A DNA stretch of 62,900 bases from a virus. Lineage: Duplodnaviria; Caudoviricetes. Made by a program: the position numbers and the translations under genes. Numbering within the stretch: position 1 is the stretch's first letter; each line of letters opens with the position of its first letter. Positions 9,707 to 19,578 of this stretch are shown here, piece after piece. The notes under the pieces are model-generated. The model was not told the DNA's origin. It searched no databases and was given only the letters and a program-made list of their open reading frames with translations. Location of the stretch: positions 1 through 62,900 of IMG/VR virus record IMGVR_UViG_3300042987_001364; one strand, written 5' to 3'.

Positions 9707-10345
9707 ATGGACGTAAAAACTTTGCCAAAAACACGAGCTGAAGCGAAGGCGATCGGGGCAACGCACTATTTCACGGGACAACCTTGCAAGCACGGGCATG
9801 TGGCGCCGCGCAAGACAAAAGGTAGTTGTGTTGAATGCCTGCGTTTGGAATGGATGACAAACAATGAGAAACGAGCCGACTACTTCGCGGAACGCAACCG
9901 CGATGAGGCGGTCAAACAGAAAAAGCACGAATGGTACTTAGCTCACCGGGAGGAGGTTATCGCACGAGCAAAGACGCAAACGCGAGAGCAAAAACGGCAG
10001 TATCAGACAGCATGGAAAGAGCGCAATCTTGTGTGGGTTAGGGCAGATACCAAAGCCCGTCGCCGTAAACATAGACAATCCACCCCGCCATGGATAACTC
10101 GCAAACAGAAATCAGAGATGCGCGAGTTGTATCAGATTGCTATCACTATGTCTAAAACCACGGGAGAGTTGTACGTCGTAGATCATATCTATCCCCTACG
10201 ATCAGAAACCGTATGTGGGTTACATGTGCCGTGGAATTTACGGGTCATTACGCGAGAGGAGAATTTGCGTAAGTCAAACGCAATTCCAGATGACTCCGTG
10301 GCTTTGGCATTTCTAAACGCTGTTGACCCCACCGAATCTACCTGA
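9707..10345 (+). CDS. Free-standing HNH endonuclease
   Basis: VDHIYPL...CGLHVPWNLRVITREENLRKSN; N-terminal PCKHGH...CVEC zinc-binding module. Confidence 0.88.
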   Translation: MDVKTLPKTRAEAKAIGATHYFTGQPCKHGHVAPRKTKGSCVECLRLEWMTNNEKRADYFAERNRDEAVKQKKHEWYLAHREEVIARAKTQTREQKRQYQTAWKERNLVWVRADTKARRRKHRQSTPPWITRKQKSEMRELYQIAITMSKTTGELYVVDHIYPLRSETVCGLHVPWNLRVITREENLRKSNAIPDDSVALAFLNAVDPTEST

Positions 10346-10380
10346 TAATAACAACTCTCCATCAACAACGAGGACGAAGC

Positions 10381-11127
10381 ATGACAGAGAAGAAAATTAC
10401 CTTGGCTGGCCGTAAGCTGATGATTGCAATTCCGGCCTATGACGGCAAGATCAACATCGCGGCTGCGTTTGCGCTACCGAAGTTGGCTTTAGCTGCGGTC
10501 AAACATGGCTTCGAGATTCATCTTGCTCACTTGTCTGGGTGTTCAATCATCACCAGGGCCAGGAATTCTTTGGTCAATCAGTTTCTGGAGTCCGACTGCA
10601 CCGAGATGTTGTTTGTAGATGCAGACATCAACTTTACTGAACGTGATGTATTGCGGATTATGGCTCTGGGTGGGGACAAAGATGTGCTGGCCGGGGCATA
10701 TCCGAGACGTGCGAAGGATCAAATGTTTTTTGCAGACATTTACTACAACGAACACGGCGGAATAGAAATCACAGAGGAAGGTCTAATGCGACTCAATCGT
10801 ATTGGTACAGGCTTTATGTATATCCGTCGTCACGTATTAGAGACGTTGCGCGATAAGCATCCAGAATGGAAATACTGGGTAGATGTAGAGCACAAGCATC
10901 ACTACGCCATCTTTGATTTTGCAGTTACGGAGCAGGGGTATATGGGAGAGGACTATTTGTTCTGCGACCGAGCCAGAGAGATGGGGTTTAAGATTTACAT
11001 TGATCCAGACATTAACTTGGGACACTATGGCTCTACTGAATTCACAGGGCATTTTGGAAAACAAGTATTGCAACCGATGATTAAGAGCACAATCTCACAG
11101 ATGGAAAAAGGTACTGAATTTCCTTGA
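10381..11127 (+). CDS. Glycosyltransferase (GT-A fold)
   Basis: IAIPAY, RARNSLV, LFVDAD (DxD), GTGFMYI and GEDYLFC motifs. Confidence 0.85.
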   Translation: MTEKKITLAGRKLMIAIPAYDGKINIAAAFALPKLALAAVKHGFEIHLAHLSGCSIITRARNSLVNQFLESDCTEMLFVDADINFTERDVLRIMALGGDKDVLAGAYPRRAKDQMFFADIYYNEHGGIEITEEGLMRLNRIGTGFMYIRRHVLETLRDKHPEWKYWVDVEHKHHYAIFDFAVTEQGYMGEDYLFCDRAREMGFKIYIDPDINLGHYGSTEFTGHFGKQVLQPMIKSTISQMEKGTEFP

Positions 11128-11152
11128 CATGAATTGTAGTGCGGGATAAAAA
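11124..11152 (+). promoter_or_regulatory. Sigma70-like promoter
   Basis: Perfect TTGACA at 11124, N17, then TAAAAA(T). Confidence 0.5.
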
Positions 11153-11160
11153 TGGGCCAT

Positions 11161-11230
11161 CCGGGAGTTCCCGGTATATGCGACAGACCCGGCTGACTTC
11201 ATGCAGACGCATATACCTAACCGCATGAGG
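11161..11230 (+). ncRNA. Double-pseudoknot cis-regulatory RNA leader (possibly the Polynucleobacter-1 motif)
   Basis: Interleaved helices CCGGG 11161-65/CCCGG 11188-92, GGTATATGCG 11173-82/CGCATATACC 11208-17 and TTCATGC 11198-204/GCATGAG 11223-29 (overlaps the SD). Confidence 0.7.
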
Positions 11231-11236
11231 GACAAT

Positions 11237-11770
11237 ATGGCTCTTACCACTTTCCAAGGCCCGGTACGCTCCTTGAACGGCTTCTATGCCCAAGGCCCCG
11301 GCTCTGTTGTTAACGTCGCTAACAACACCAATACTCTTTCTCTGACCGTTGCGGCTCACGCCGGCAAGGTGATTCGCACCAACGACGCAACGCTGATTCT
11401 GACGCTGCCCGCGATCATTGCCACGGCTGATTCGGCTAGTGCCGGCCCCGGCTCGGACCCCAACACGCTGAACAACATCGGCACCACGTACACCATCGTG
11501 ATTGATACAGCGGCGACTGCTGTTGCTATCAAGACGAACGGCACCGACAAGTTCATCGGCTCCCTGCTGGTGGTTGATACCGATTCTTCTGGTGCAATGA
11601 CTGGCTTCGCGCCTGCTGCGTCTAACGACGTCATCAACCTCGACGGCAGCACCACGGGCGGCGCTGTTGGCTCGATCATCACCATCACCGCGCTGTCTTC
11701 GCTCGAATACCTCGTGCAAGGCGTGTTGCTTGGCTCTGGCACGATCGCTACGCCGTTCGCTGACGCCTAA
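11237..11770 (+). CDS. Virion structural protein (head decoration/fibre-like)
   Basis: MALTTFQGPV start after SD; T/A/G/S-rich, biased codons. Confidence 0.6.
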   Translation: MALTTFQGPVRSLNGFYAQGPGSVVNVANNTNTLSLTVAAHAGKVIRTNDATLILTLPAIIATADSASAGPGSDPNTLNNIGTTYTIVIDTAATAVAIKTNGTDKFIGSLLVVDTDSSGAMTGFAPAASNDVINLDGSTTGGAVGSIITITALSSLEYLVQGVLLGSGTIATPFADA

Positions 11771-11783
11771 TTAGGAGCGCATC

Positions 11784-12062
11784 ATGGCGATGCAAACTGA
11801 TGTAAAGGCGAAGTCGCTGGATGCGTCCGGGGCGATCACCGATACTCGCACTCGCGTGCGCGGCATGGTAATCGAGCCCGGCGCGACGGCCGGCAGTGTG
11901 GTGCTCAAAGATGGAGGCTCTGGCGGCACAACCGTGCTGACGATTAACACGAGAGCGGAGGGAGCGCCATTTAACGTGGTCATCCCTGCCGAGGGCGTGT
12001 TGTTCGAGGCGAGTGCTTATGCCACGCTGTCAAACGCTAAAGTCACGGTGTTTTATGGCTAA
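11784..12062 (+). CDS. Small virion protein
   Basis: 92 aa; SD aggag; VIPAEGVLF motif. Confidence 0.6.
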   Translation: MAMQTDVKAKSLDASGAITDTRTRVRGMVIEPGATAGSVVLKDGGSGGTTVLTINTRAEGAPFNVVIPAEGVLFEASAYATLSNAKVTVFYG

Positions 12063-12327
12063 GAAGAACGTCTCTTTGGCGGTAGGTCGAGGTGAGAAAC
12101 TTCCGGTTTCTCAGGGAGCTGGCTTAACTGCCAAGGGACGTGCTCGTTATAACGCAGCCACGGGGTCAAACCTCAAGGCCCCGGCGCCCAATCCCAAAAC
12201 CAAAGCAGACGCTGGTCGCAAGAAATCTTTTTGCGCGCGAATGAGCGGCATGCCCGGACCGATGAAGGATGAGAAAGGGCGCCCGACACGCAAGGCTGCT
12301 AGTCTTAAACGGTGGGGCTGTAAATGA
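12055..12327 (+). CDS. Small basic protein
   Basis: MAKKNVSL...RKKSFCARMSGM...LKRWGCK; start overlaps the previous gene. Confidence 0.65.
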   Translation: MAKKNVSLAVGRGEKLPVSQGAGLTAKGRARYNAATGSNLKAPAPNPKTKADAGRKKSFCARMSGMPGPMKDEKGRPTRKAASLKRWGCK

Positions 12328-12518
12328 GTGATACAAGCGAAACGATAAAGCATGTAGTTGATGCTTTATCAATTGTGACTGTGGTCGGAACCCTGGTCGA
12401 TATGCTGCCTTCAATTGCCGCAGTATTTACGATAGTCTGGACTGCCATCCGTATCTGGGAAACGGATACGGTGCAGAACATGCTAGGTCGAAAGGACAGT
12501 GAAGACGATGCCGTCTAA
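12324..12518 (+). CDS. Small membrane protein (holin-like)
   Basis: 64 aa with hydrophobic segments LSIVTVVGTLV and IAAVFTIVWTAI. Confidence 0.55.
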   Translation: MSDTSETIKHVVDALSIVTVVGTLVDMLPSIAAVFTIVWTAIRIWETDTVQNMLGRKDSEDDAV

Positions 12519-12876
12519 ATCGATTAAACAGCATAATCTGATGGCAATGGTAGCAAACGATCCGGCGGCAGCTAAACGTGTTGGCATTCCGCAGTCGGTG
12601 GGAAAAGAGTTCGTAAAGGCCGATAAAGGCCGCAAATTCAAAGAGGGCGGTGACATGAAAGAATCCAAAGCGATGATGAAGAAGGAAGTGGCCTTTATGA
12701 AAGCTAAGGGCGCTCCCAAAGCCATGGTCAAGCACGAAGAGAAGGAAGCCAAAGGCATGAAGTCGGGCGGCAAGTGTTACGCGGCTGGCGGCTTTACCAA
12801 GTCGGCTGACGGCGTTGCCAAAAAGGGCAAGACCAAGGCCAAACAGATTGTCATGAAAAAAGGCGGGAAGTGCTGA
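12508..12876 (+). CDS. Lys-rich putative internal core protein
   Basis: Four [FYM]xxGG motifs; ADGVAKKGKTK. Confidence 0.65.
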   Translation: MPSKSIKQHNLMAMVANDPAAAKRVGIPQSVGKEFVKADKGRKFKEGGDMKESKAMMKKEVAFMKAKGAPKAMVKHEEKEAKGMKSGGKCYAAGGFTKSADGVAKKGKTKAKQIVMKKGGKC

Positions 12877-12877
12877 T

Positions 12878-13168
12878 ATGCCACGCGACATCTACACTGC
12901 TGATATGGGCAACCCCCCGTCTCCGGACGAAGGCGCACCGGTGAAGAAAAAGCCGGCCAAGAAACCGATGGTACGTCGTCCTATGCCGGATGTTTATACA
13001 GCCGATATGGGTACGCCACCGTCTCCTGATGAAGGTCCAACAGCACCAGTCCGATCATCTACCCCGCGTCAGAGCAGGCCATTTGCCAAAGGCGGTAAAG
13101 TAGGTTCTGCCTCCAAACGTGCGGATGGTATTGCTCAGCGGGGCAAGACCAAAGGCAAGATCATTTGA
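12878..13168 (+). CDS. Basic, Pro-rich putative core protein
   Basis: Duplicated D(I/V)YTADMGxPPSPDEG; FAKGG; ADGIAQRGKTKG. Confidence 0.65.
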   Translation: MPRDIYTADMGNPPSPDEGAPVKKKPAKKPMVRRPMPDVYTADMGTPPSPDEGPTAPVRSSTPRQSRPFAKGGKVGSASKRADGIAQRGKTKGKII

Positions 13169-13174
13169 TGGGGT

Positions 13175-13432
13175 GTGATGATGATGGCAAGCCGTGGGAT
13201 GGGGGCGATCAACCCCAGCAAAATGCCGAAGGCGAAGAAGATTGTGCGCAAGGATCACCCGCAGGATGTAACGATGTATCAGAAGGGTGGCAAGGTTGGC
13301 CTGTACGAGAACATTCACAAGAAACGTGAGCGTATCGCGGCGGGCTCAGGCGAGAAGATGCGTAAGCCAGGTACAAAAGGCGCTCCCACGGCGGCAGCAT
13401 TCAAGCGGTCAGCACTTACAGCAAAGAGATAG
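13175..13432 (+). CDS. Basic putative core protein
   Basis: ASRGMGAI...YQKGG...GLYENIHKKRERI. Confidence 0.65.
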   Translation: MMMMASRGMGAINPSKMPKAKKIVRKDHPQDVTMYQKGGKVGLYENIHKKRERIAAGSGEKMRKPGTKGAPTAAAFKRSALTAKR

Positions 13433-13434
13433 TT

Positions 13435-13611
13435 ATGGCTGAGAAATGGATTCAAAAGGCGATTGGTAAGGAAGGCTCGCTGCGGAAGACCTTGGGTGTC
13501 AAAAAGGGTGAGACTATTCCTGCCGGAAAACTGGCGGCAGCGGCGAAGAAGCCTGGTGTCACAGGGAAACGCGCACGTTTGGCCCAAACTCTCAAGAAAA
13601 TGGGTAAGTAA
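13435..13611 (+). CDS. Small basic protein (58 aa, not in the ORF track)
   Basis: MAEKWIQKAIGKEGSLRKTLGVKKGETIP...RARLAQTLKKMGK; fills the gap exactly. Confidence 0.7.
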   Translation: MAEKWIQKAIGKEGSLRKTLGVKKGETIPAGKLAAAAKKPGVTGKRARLAQTLKKMGK

Positions 13612-14325
13612 ATGACCACATCCGGTACAACTGCGTTCAATCCAGAATTTACAGAGATTGCGGAAATGGCGTGGGCGCAGGCTGGCCGGGAGATGCGTTC
13701 GGGGTTTGACCTTAGACTTGCCCGTTTCTGCATGAACATGATGACGATTGAGTTGGCTAATCGTGGCATCAACATGTGGACAATCGAGCAGGGCACCAAA
13801 GCCTTGGAACAAGGAGTGGCAACATATACGTTGCCAGCCGATACGATTGATCTTCTCGATCAGGTAATTCGTACCAGCCCAGGTGTTACCAATTCACAGG
13901 CAGACATCACAATCTCGCGGATTAGTGTATCGACTTATTCCAGCATCCCGAACAAACTGGTACAAGCCCGACCGATCCAGATTTGGATACAGCGTTTAAG
14001 AGACGCCCCACAATTTACTGTGTGGCCTGTTCCAGACCAAGGCACACTGGCAAGTCCGTACTACACGCTTGTTTATTGGCGTATGAGACGAATCCAGGAT
14101 GCAGGTAGCGGTATCGAGACGCAGGACGTCAATTTCCGTTTTCTGCCAGTGTTGATCGCGGGGTTGGCGTACTACATCGCCTTGAAAACACCAGAGTTGA
14201 TGCAACGTGTTCCCATGCTTCAAGCAGAATATGAGAAGCAGTTCGAACTGGCAGCGGGCGAGGACAGAGAGAAGGCGCCGGTCCGATTCGTTCCGAGACA
14301 GTCGTTCATTGGTGGCGTGTTCTAA
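13612..14325 (+). CDS. Head-tail adaptor-like protein
   Basis: 237 aa; ANRGINMW, VWPVPD and AGLAYYIA motifs; position before the tail genes. Confidence 0.6.
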   Translation: MTTSGTTAFNPEFTEIAEMAWAQAGREMRSGFDLRLARFCMNMMTIELANRGINMWTIEQGTKALEQGVATYTLPADTIDLLDQVIRTSPGVTNSQADITISRISVSTYSSIPNKLVQARPIQIWIQRLRDAPQFTVWPVPDQGTLASPYYTLVYWRMRRIQDAGSGIETQDVNFRFLPVLIAGLAYYIALKTPELMQRVPMLQAEYEKQFELAAGEDREKAPVRFVPRQSFIGGVF

Positions 14326-14712
14326 ATGGCAAACAGATTTGCATCCGGCAAGTTTGCTATCGCGGAATGCGACATCTGCGGACAGCGGTACAAGCTGAAA
14401 CAATTGAAGACGCAAGTTGTAAAGACGAAGCAGATTAACGTGTTGGCATGTCCCGAGTGCTGGTCGCCAGACCATCCTCAGCTTCAGTTAGGGATGTATC
14501 CGGTTGAAGACCCACAAGCGTTGCGTAACCCACGGCGAGATTTGTCTTATATCCAGTCCGGGATCACAACAGATGGATCAATTGGCGAAGGAAGTCGTGT
14601 TATCCAGTGGGGATGGGCACCGGTTGGTGGTGCAAGCTTGAATGCATTTGGCCTCACGCCGAATGATCTGGTGGCTAGGGGCCGAGTGGGGCAGGTAACA
14701 GTAACGGTTTAG
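14326..14712 (+). CDS. Zinc-finger-containing virion-module protein
   Basis: ECDICG...ACPECW...HPQL. Confidence 0.65.
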   Translation: MANRFASGKFAIAECDICGQRYKLKQLKTQVVKTKQINVLACPECWSPDHPQLQLGMYPVEDPQALRNPRRDLSYIQSGITTDGSIGEGSRVIQWGWAPVGGASLNAFGLTPNDLVARGRVGQVTVTV

Positions 14713-14721
14713 GAGAAAATC

Positions 14722-14916
14722 ATGGGCATGAAAGAAGTTGCAAAGACGGAAGCGAAGAAAGCTGTGAAGGCGCACGAGAAGTCCATGCACGCCAAGGGCT
14801 ATGCCAAAGGCGGCGTGACGAGCCTTCAGCGCAAGCAGCTTGGCCGTGGCTTGGCAAAAGTTGCCAACCAGAAAAAGTCATCTTTCACCTACAAGGGTCA
14901 GAAGACAAATGCCTAA
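14722..14916 (+). CDS. Small basic protein
   Basis: SD aggag; AHEKSMH...YAKGG. Confidence 0.6.
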   Translation: MGMKEVAKTEAKKAVKAHEKSMHAKGYAKGGVTSLQRKQLGRGLAKVANQKKSSFTYKGQKTNA

Positions 14917-15166
14917 GTACAGCCATAAGCTAATGGGCAAAGAAGTTGGTCAAGCCAACGTATATGCGGAGCCACATACCATGCAAGGTAAGAAATTGTC
15001 GAATGTTGAGGCAGGTCGCAAGATGCCTTTCAACCAAAAGAAAAACTGGACACCGATGGACGGCGTGTCATTGACCCTGAATGATGAAGTCAAAACGACT
15101 GGTATCAAGATTCGTGGCACAGGTGCAGCTACCAAAGGTGTAATGGCTCGCGGCCCGATGGGGTGA
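14909..15166 (+). CDS. Small basic protein
   Basis: MPKYSHKLMGKEVG...GIKIRGTGAATKG; ATG overlaps the previous gene. Confidence 0.6.
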   Translation: MPKYSHKLMGKEVGQANVYAEPHTMQGKKLSNVEAGRKMPFNQKKNWTPMDGVSLTLNDEVKTTGIKIRGTGAATKGVMARGPMG

Positions 15167-15170
15167 TTCC

Positions 15171-15821
15171 ATGAATTATTCTGAGTTGGTGACTGCGGTT
15201 AGTGATTATTGCGAGAATACGTTTAATACGACGGACATGAATACAATGATCCGTCAGGCCGAGCAACGTATTTACAATACAGTTCAGCTTGCAAATTTAA
15301 GGAAGAACGTACAAGGTAACTTCACAGCAAATAACAAATACTTAGCCGCGCCCAATGATTTTTTGTCGGTGTACTCGATTGCAGTCATTGATGGCTCGGG
15401 TAATTTCAGTTATTTGTTGAACAAGGATGTAAACTTCATCCGAGAAGCATACCCGTCGCCAACGAGTACGGGATTGCCTAGACACTATGCCTTGTTTGGG
15501 CCAGACTCCAGTAGTGTCAATGAACTGACATTTATCGTCGGGCCGACACCGAACGCATCGTATACGACAGAGTTGCATTATTATTATTACCCAGAGTCGA
15601 TTGTTACAGCTAATACAACATGGCTCGGGGACAATTTTGATTCAGTGTTGCTGAACGGTGTAATGGTAGAAGCCATCAGATATATGAAAGGCGAGCCTGA
15701 TATGGTCAAGCTATATCAGGATATGTATCTGCAATCGATCGCGTTGCTCAAGAACCTGGGTGATGGCAAGCAGCGTCAAGACGCCTACAGAGATGGACAA
15801 GTCCGAGTACAAGTTAATTAA
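15171..15821 (+). CDS. Tail adaptor/tubular-type protein
   Basis: MNYSEL...AEQRI...VGPTPN...YYYYPESI...TWL pattern of podoviral adaptor proteins. Confidence 0.65.
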   Translation: MNYSELVTAVSDYCENTFNTTDMNTMIRQAEQRIYNTVQLANLRKNVQGNFTANNKYLAAPNDFLSVYSIAVIDGSGNFSYLLNKDVNFIREAYPSPTSTGLPRHYALFGPDSSSVNELTFIVGPTPNASYTTELHYYYYPESIVTANTTWLGDNFDSVLLNGVMVEAIRYMKGEPDMVKLYQDMYLQSIALLKNLGDGKQRQDAYRDGQVRVQVN

Positions 15822-15829
15822 GGTGGAAT

Positions 15830-16255
15830 ATGGCTATCACACAGGCGATGTGTTCTTCGTTCAAGCAGCAAATCTTGCTTGGCGAACATGATCTGGATAC
15901 TGATGTAATCAAAATCGCGTTGTACACCAGCAGCGCGACACTGAGCGCAGCAACCACTGCGTACACCACGTCTAATGAGGTGTCTTCCTCCGGTACTAAC
16001 TACACGGCAGGTGGAAACACGCTGACAGGTGCGGCTGTAACGCTCGATGGCACGACGGCTGTGGTGGATTTCAACGACACAACATGGTCTAGTTCGACGA
16101 TTACCGCGAGGGGCGCGTTGATTTATAACAGCAGCAAATCCAATAAGGCTATCGCTGTGCTGGACTTCGGGTCGGATAAGACTTCGACATCGGGCGATTT
16201 CACAATTAACTTCCCGGCAGCTACGGCTGGGTCGGCAATTATTCAGGTGGGTTAA
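15830..16255 (+). CDS. Tail structural protein
   Basis: SFKQQIL...KIALYTSSA...YTAGG...ARGALIYN...VLDFG. Confidence 0.65.
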   Translation: MAITQAMCSSFKQQILLGEHDLDTDVIKIALYTSSATLSAATTAYTTSNEVSSSGTNYTAGGNTLTGAAVTLDGTTAVVDFNDTTWSSSTITARGALIYNSSKSNKAIAVLDFGSDKTSTSGDFTINFPAATAGSAIIQVG

Positions 16256-19200
16256 TGTCGACAATCGTTACGCGAGCGGGTAAGGGATCGGCGCTTACCT
16301 ACGCCGAGGTCGATTCAAACTTTACCAATCTAAATACTGACAAGTATCAGTCGGGGTCAGCGGCGTCATTGGCGTCGCTGACATTGGCTTCCGCGCTGCC
16401 CGTGCTGAGTGGCGGAACAGGAGTAACTTCTAGCACTGGAAGTGGCGCAGTGGTGCTATCAGTAAGCCCCGCATTAGTCACGCCTGCACTCGGAACGCCT
16501 ACGTCTGGCAATTTCAGCACTGGCACATTTACATGGCCGACTTTTAATCAAAACACAACAGGCCAATCAGGAAATGTTGCCAACGCGCTCACAATCGGCA
16601 CAGGTTTATCTGGGGCATCGTATAACGGTTCATCTCCAGTAACAATCTCGATTGACGGAACAGTCGCCACTTTGTCCGGTACACAAACGCTTACTAATAA
16701 AACAATCAGTGGAGCAAATAATACTCTAAGCAATATTGGAAATTCTTCATTGCTTAATAGTTCAGTGACAATTGGAACGACGTCAGTAGCACTCGGCGCG
16801 ACTAGCACAACGATTTCTGGCTTAAATTCAGTAACGCTTACGGCGGACCCAACATCAGCGTTGCAAGTCGCAACAAAGCAATATGTTGATGCAGCAGTAA
16901 GCAACACTAATTATCACGCCGCGTCTAGCTACGCAACGACGGCTGACTTGGGGTCGGTGACGTACAACAATGGCTCGTCTGGCATTGGGGCAACTTTGAC
17001 AAATGCTGGTACGCAAGCGGCGTTGGTTGTTGATGGATACACCATGACTGCGGCAGATGTCACCAACGCAGTTCGTATTTTGGTGAAAAACCAATCCATT
17101 GCATCACAAAACGGCATTTATGTTTTAACTAATCAAGGGTCAGTCTCAACAAATTGGGTATTAACTCGGGCAACGGATTTTGACCAAGTGGGAACAGGTC
17201 AAAATGAAGTTGCGCCTGGCGATATAACCTACATTTTGAAAGGGACAATCAATGCAAACACGCAGTGGGTTCAAACGACTGATTTCCCAATCACAATCGG
17301 AACAACTTCTCTTGTATTTGTTCAAGTTGCCTCGCCAAGTTCATATACGGCAGGAACAGGTCTTACGCTCACGGGAACGCAGTTTAGCTTAACGTCTCCA
17401 GTAACTGCGGCGCTTGGTGGAACTGGACAAACTAGTTACACAGTTGGCGATTTGTTGTATGCAAATACAGCAACATCGTTGGCAAAACTTGCGGATGTCG
17501 CCACGGGCAATTCCCTCATTTCGGGCGGTGTCGGTGTTGCGCCGAGCTGGGGCAAGATCGGCCTGACAACTCATGTGTCCGGCACTTTGCCAGTTGCCAA
17601 CGGCGGAACCGGACTTACTGCCGGGACGTCAGGCGGAGTTCTTTATTACTCAGATACCGGAACGTTGGCAAGCTCCGCAGTGCTTACTGCTAACGCGCTT
17701 ATGGTTGGTGGGGGCGCAGGAGCAGCGCCATCTACTATCACGACCGGCACTGGTGTAATAACTGCTCTGGGCGTTAATACTGGCACCGCTGGCGCGTTTG
17801 TTGTTAATGGCGGCGCGCTTGGTACGCCGTCGTCTGGTACGCTGACAAGCTGCACCGGGTTGCCGATTTCAACAGGTGTGTCCGGCCTTGGCACCGGCAT
17901 CGATACGTTTCTTGCCACGCCATCTAGTGCTAACCTGGCTGCCGCAGTTACAGATGAAACTGGTTCGGGTTCTTTAGTGTTTGCAAACACCCCGTCTTTG
18001 ACCACGCCCAATATTGGCGCAGCAACTGGCACTTCGCTCGCTGCAACCGGCGGCACAGTATTGGTTCGCGCAGCGGCAACGCAGGACGGGGTGCAGCTTC
18101 AAGGGCGTTCCGGCGGAACATCATCATATTCGGTAACGCTTACACCTACGACGCTCACGGCGTCTCGAACCATAACGCTCGCAGACGGTAATACCACGCT
18201 TCAAGCCGGTACGATGGCGACCACGGGAGGTACGCTTGCTCAATTTTCACCCACAACTTCTTCACAGCTTGCTGGCGTAATTTCTGACGAAACTGGCAGC
18301 GGCGCATTAGTATTTGGCACCAGCCCCACCATCGCCACGCCGACCATTACCACATCCGCAACCGTCCCGCTTATTATCGGCGGCACCGGCACCACTAGCG
18401 CGCTGAGATTGCGATCCACTTCCGGCGTAGGCGCCGCAGGCGCAGACATTATTTTCCAAACCGGAAATAATGGCGCAACGGAAGCAATGAGGATACTTAA
18501 TAATGGAAATATCGGTATCGGGACAACAAATCCAGTCGCTGTTTTAGAGTCTGCAAATTCATCTGGGGGCTTTAATTTTGGGTCCACCGTTTCAATATCA
18601 ACAGCAGATGGCCCTGCTTATTTTGGTCGAAAATCCAGGGGTTCTTTGACTGTTCCAACCGCAGTTTTAGCTAATGATACGCTTACATACTTTACTGCCG
18701 GAGGGTATACAGGAACGGCATGGACAGCTTCGCGCGGATATATGTCAATTTTAGCGTCACAAAATTGGACAGGCACCGCAAACGGGACGGATATAGCGTT
18801 TTTTACGACACCAACCAACACAACGTCAGTATCCGAAAAGTTACGGATTAAAGCTGATGGAAACGTTGGGATAGGCACTAGTTCGCCATCTTCTAAGTTG
18901 GACGTCGTAGGTTCAATTTGTTCGAACACAACCACGTATCCGAATTTTAATTACAACGCAGATTACAGAATTACTTTTGGCGAGAATTTTGCTCCACCAA
19001 ATGAAACCGGCTCAGTTGTTCAGTTTGGGTCTGGTGTTAATACTAAAAATATGATTTTTGCGTTTTCAAAAACGAACGTTAATACTTCGTTTTTTGGAAA
19101 TGATGGGTCAAAAATGGTTATTGGCTCCGAAGGTTCGTTGCCAATTACATTTAGGACTGGTTTAGATTATTACAATACCGATATTTTAAACAGCGGAACT

Positions 19201-19578
19201 CAACGAGTAGTTTTAGATTCTAATGGAAATTTTCTAATTACCAGCTCTGGGGGATTAGGGTACGGCACTGGCTCGGGCGGCGCTGTTACGCAAATAACTT
19301 CGCGAACAACCGGCGTGACACTAAATAAAACAAACGGTGCTATCACGTTAGTTTCTGCTGCTGGAACTACCGCTTGGACGTCTTTTACGGTAACTAACAA
19401 CACAGTGGCGACAACAGATACTGTAATTATTGGTCAAAAATCTGGGGCCAACCTTTACGAAATCCACATTACGGCGGTATCCGCAGGTAGTTTCAGAGTT
19501 TCTTTTAGGACTACGGGCGGCACGACAACCGAGCAGCCTGTGTTTAATTTTTCTGTAATCAAAGCAGTGACGAGCTAG
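16255..19578 (+). CDS. Tail fibre 1 (1107 aa)
   Basis: G/T/S/A-rich repeats; ATKQYVD, VKNQ..QNGIY and GNVGIGT motifs. Confidence 0.85.
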   Translation: MSTIVTRAGKGSALTYAEVDSNFTNLNTDKYQSGSAASLASLTLASALPVLSGGTGVTSSTGSGAVVLSVSPALVTPALGTPTSGNFSTGTFTWPTFNQNTTGQSGNVANALTIGTGLSGASYNGSSPVTISIDGTVATLSGTQTLTNKTISGANNTLSNIGNSSLLNSSVTIGTTSVALGATSTTISGLNSVTLTADPTSALQVATKQYVDAAVSNTNYHAASSYATTADLGSVTYNNGSSGIGATLTNAGTQAALVVDGYTMTAADVTNAVRILVKNQSIASQNGIYVLTNQGSVSTNWVLTRATDFDQVGTGQNEVAPGDITYILKGTINANTQWVQTTDFPITIGTTSLVFVQVASPSSYTAGTGLTLTGTQFSLTSPVTAALGGTGQTSYTVGDLLYANTATSLAKLADVATGNSLISGGVGVAPSWGKIGLTTHVSGTLPVANGGTGLTAGTSGGVLYYSDTGTLASSAVLTANALMVGGGAGAAPSTITTGTGVITALGVNTGTAGAFVVNGGALGTPSSGTLTSCTGLPISTGVSGLGTGIDTFLATPSSANLAAAVTDETGSGSLVFANTPSLTTPNIGAATGTSLAATGGTVLVRAAATQDGVQLQGRSGGTSSYSVTLTPTTLTASRTITLADGNTTLQAGTMATTGGTLAQFSPTTSSQLAGVISDETGSGALVFGTSPTIATPTITTSATVPLIIGGTGTTSALRLRSTSGVGAAGADIIFQTGNNGATEAMRILNNGNIGIGTTNPVAVLESANSSGGFNFGSTVSISTADGPAYFGRKSRGSLTVPTAVLANDTLTYFTAGGYTGTAWTASRGYMSILASQNWTGTANGTDIAFFTTPTNTTSVSEKLRIKADGNVGIGTSSPSSKLDVVGSICSNTTTYPNFNYNADYRITFGENFAPPNETGSVVQFGSGVNTKNMIFAFSKTNVNTSFFGNDGSKMVIGSEGSLPITFRTGLDYYNTDILNSGTQRVVLDSNGNFLITSSGGLGYGTGSGGAVTQITSRTTGVTLNKTNGAITLVSAAGTTAWTSFTVTNNTVATTDTVIIGQKSGANLYEIHITAVSAGSFRVSFRTTGGTTTEQPVFNFSVIKAVTS

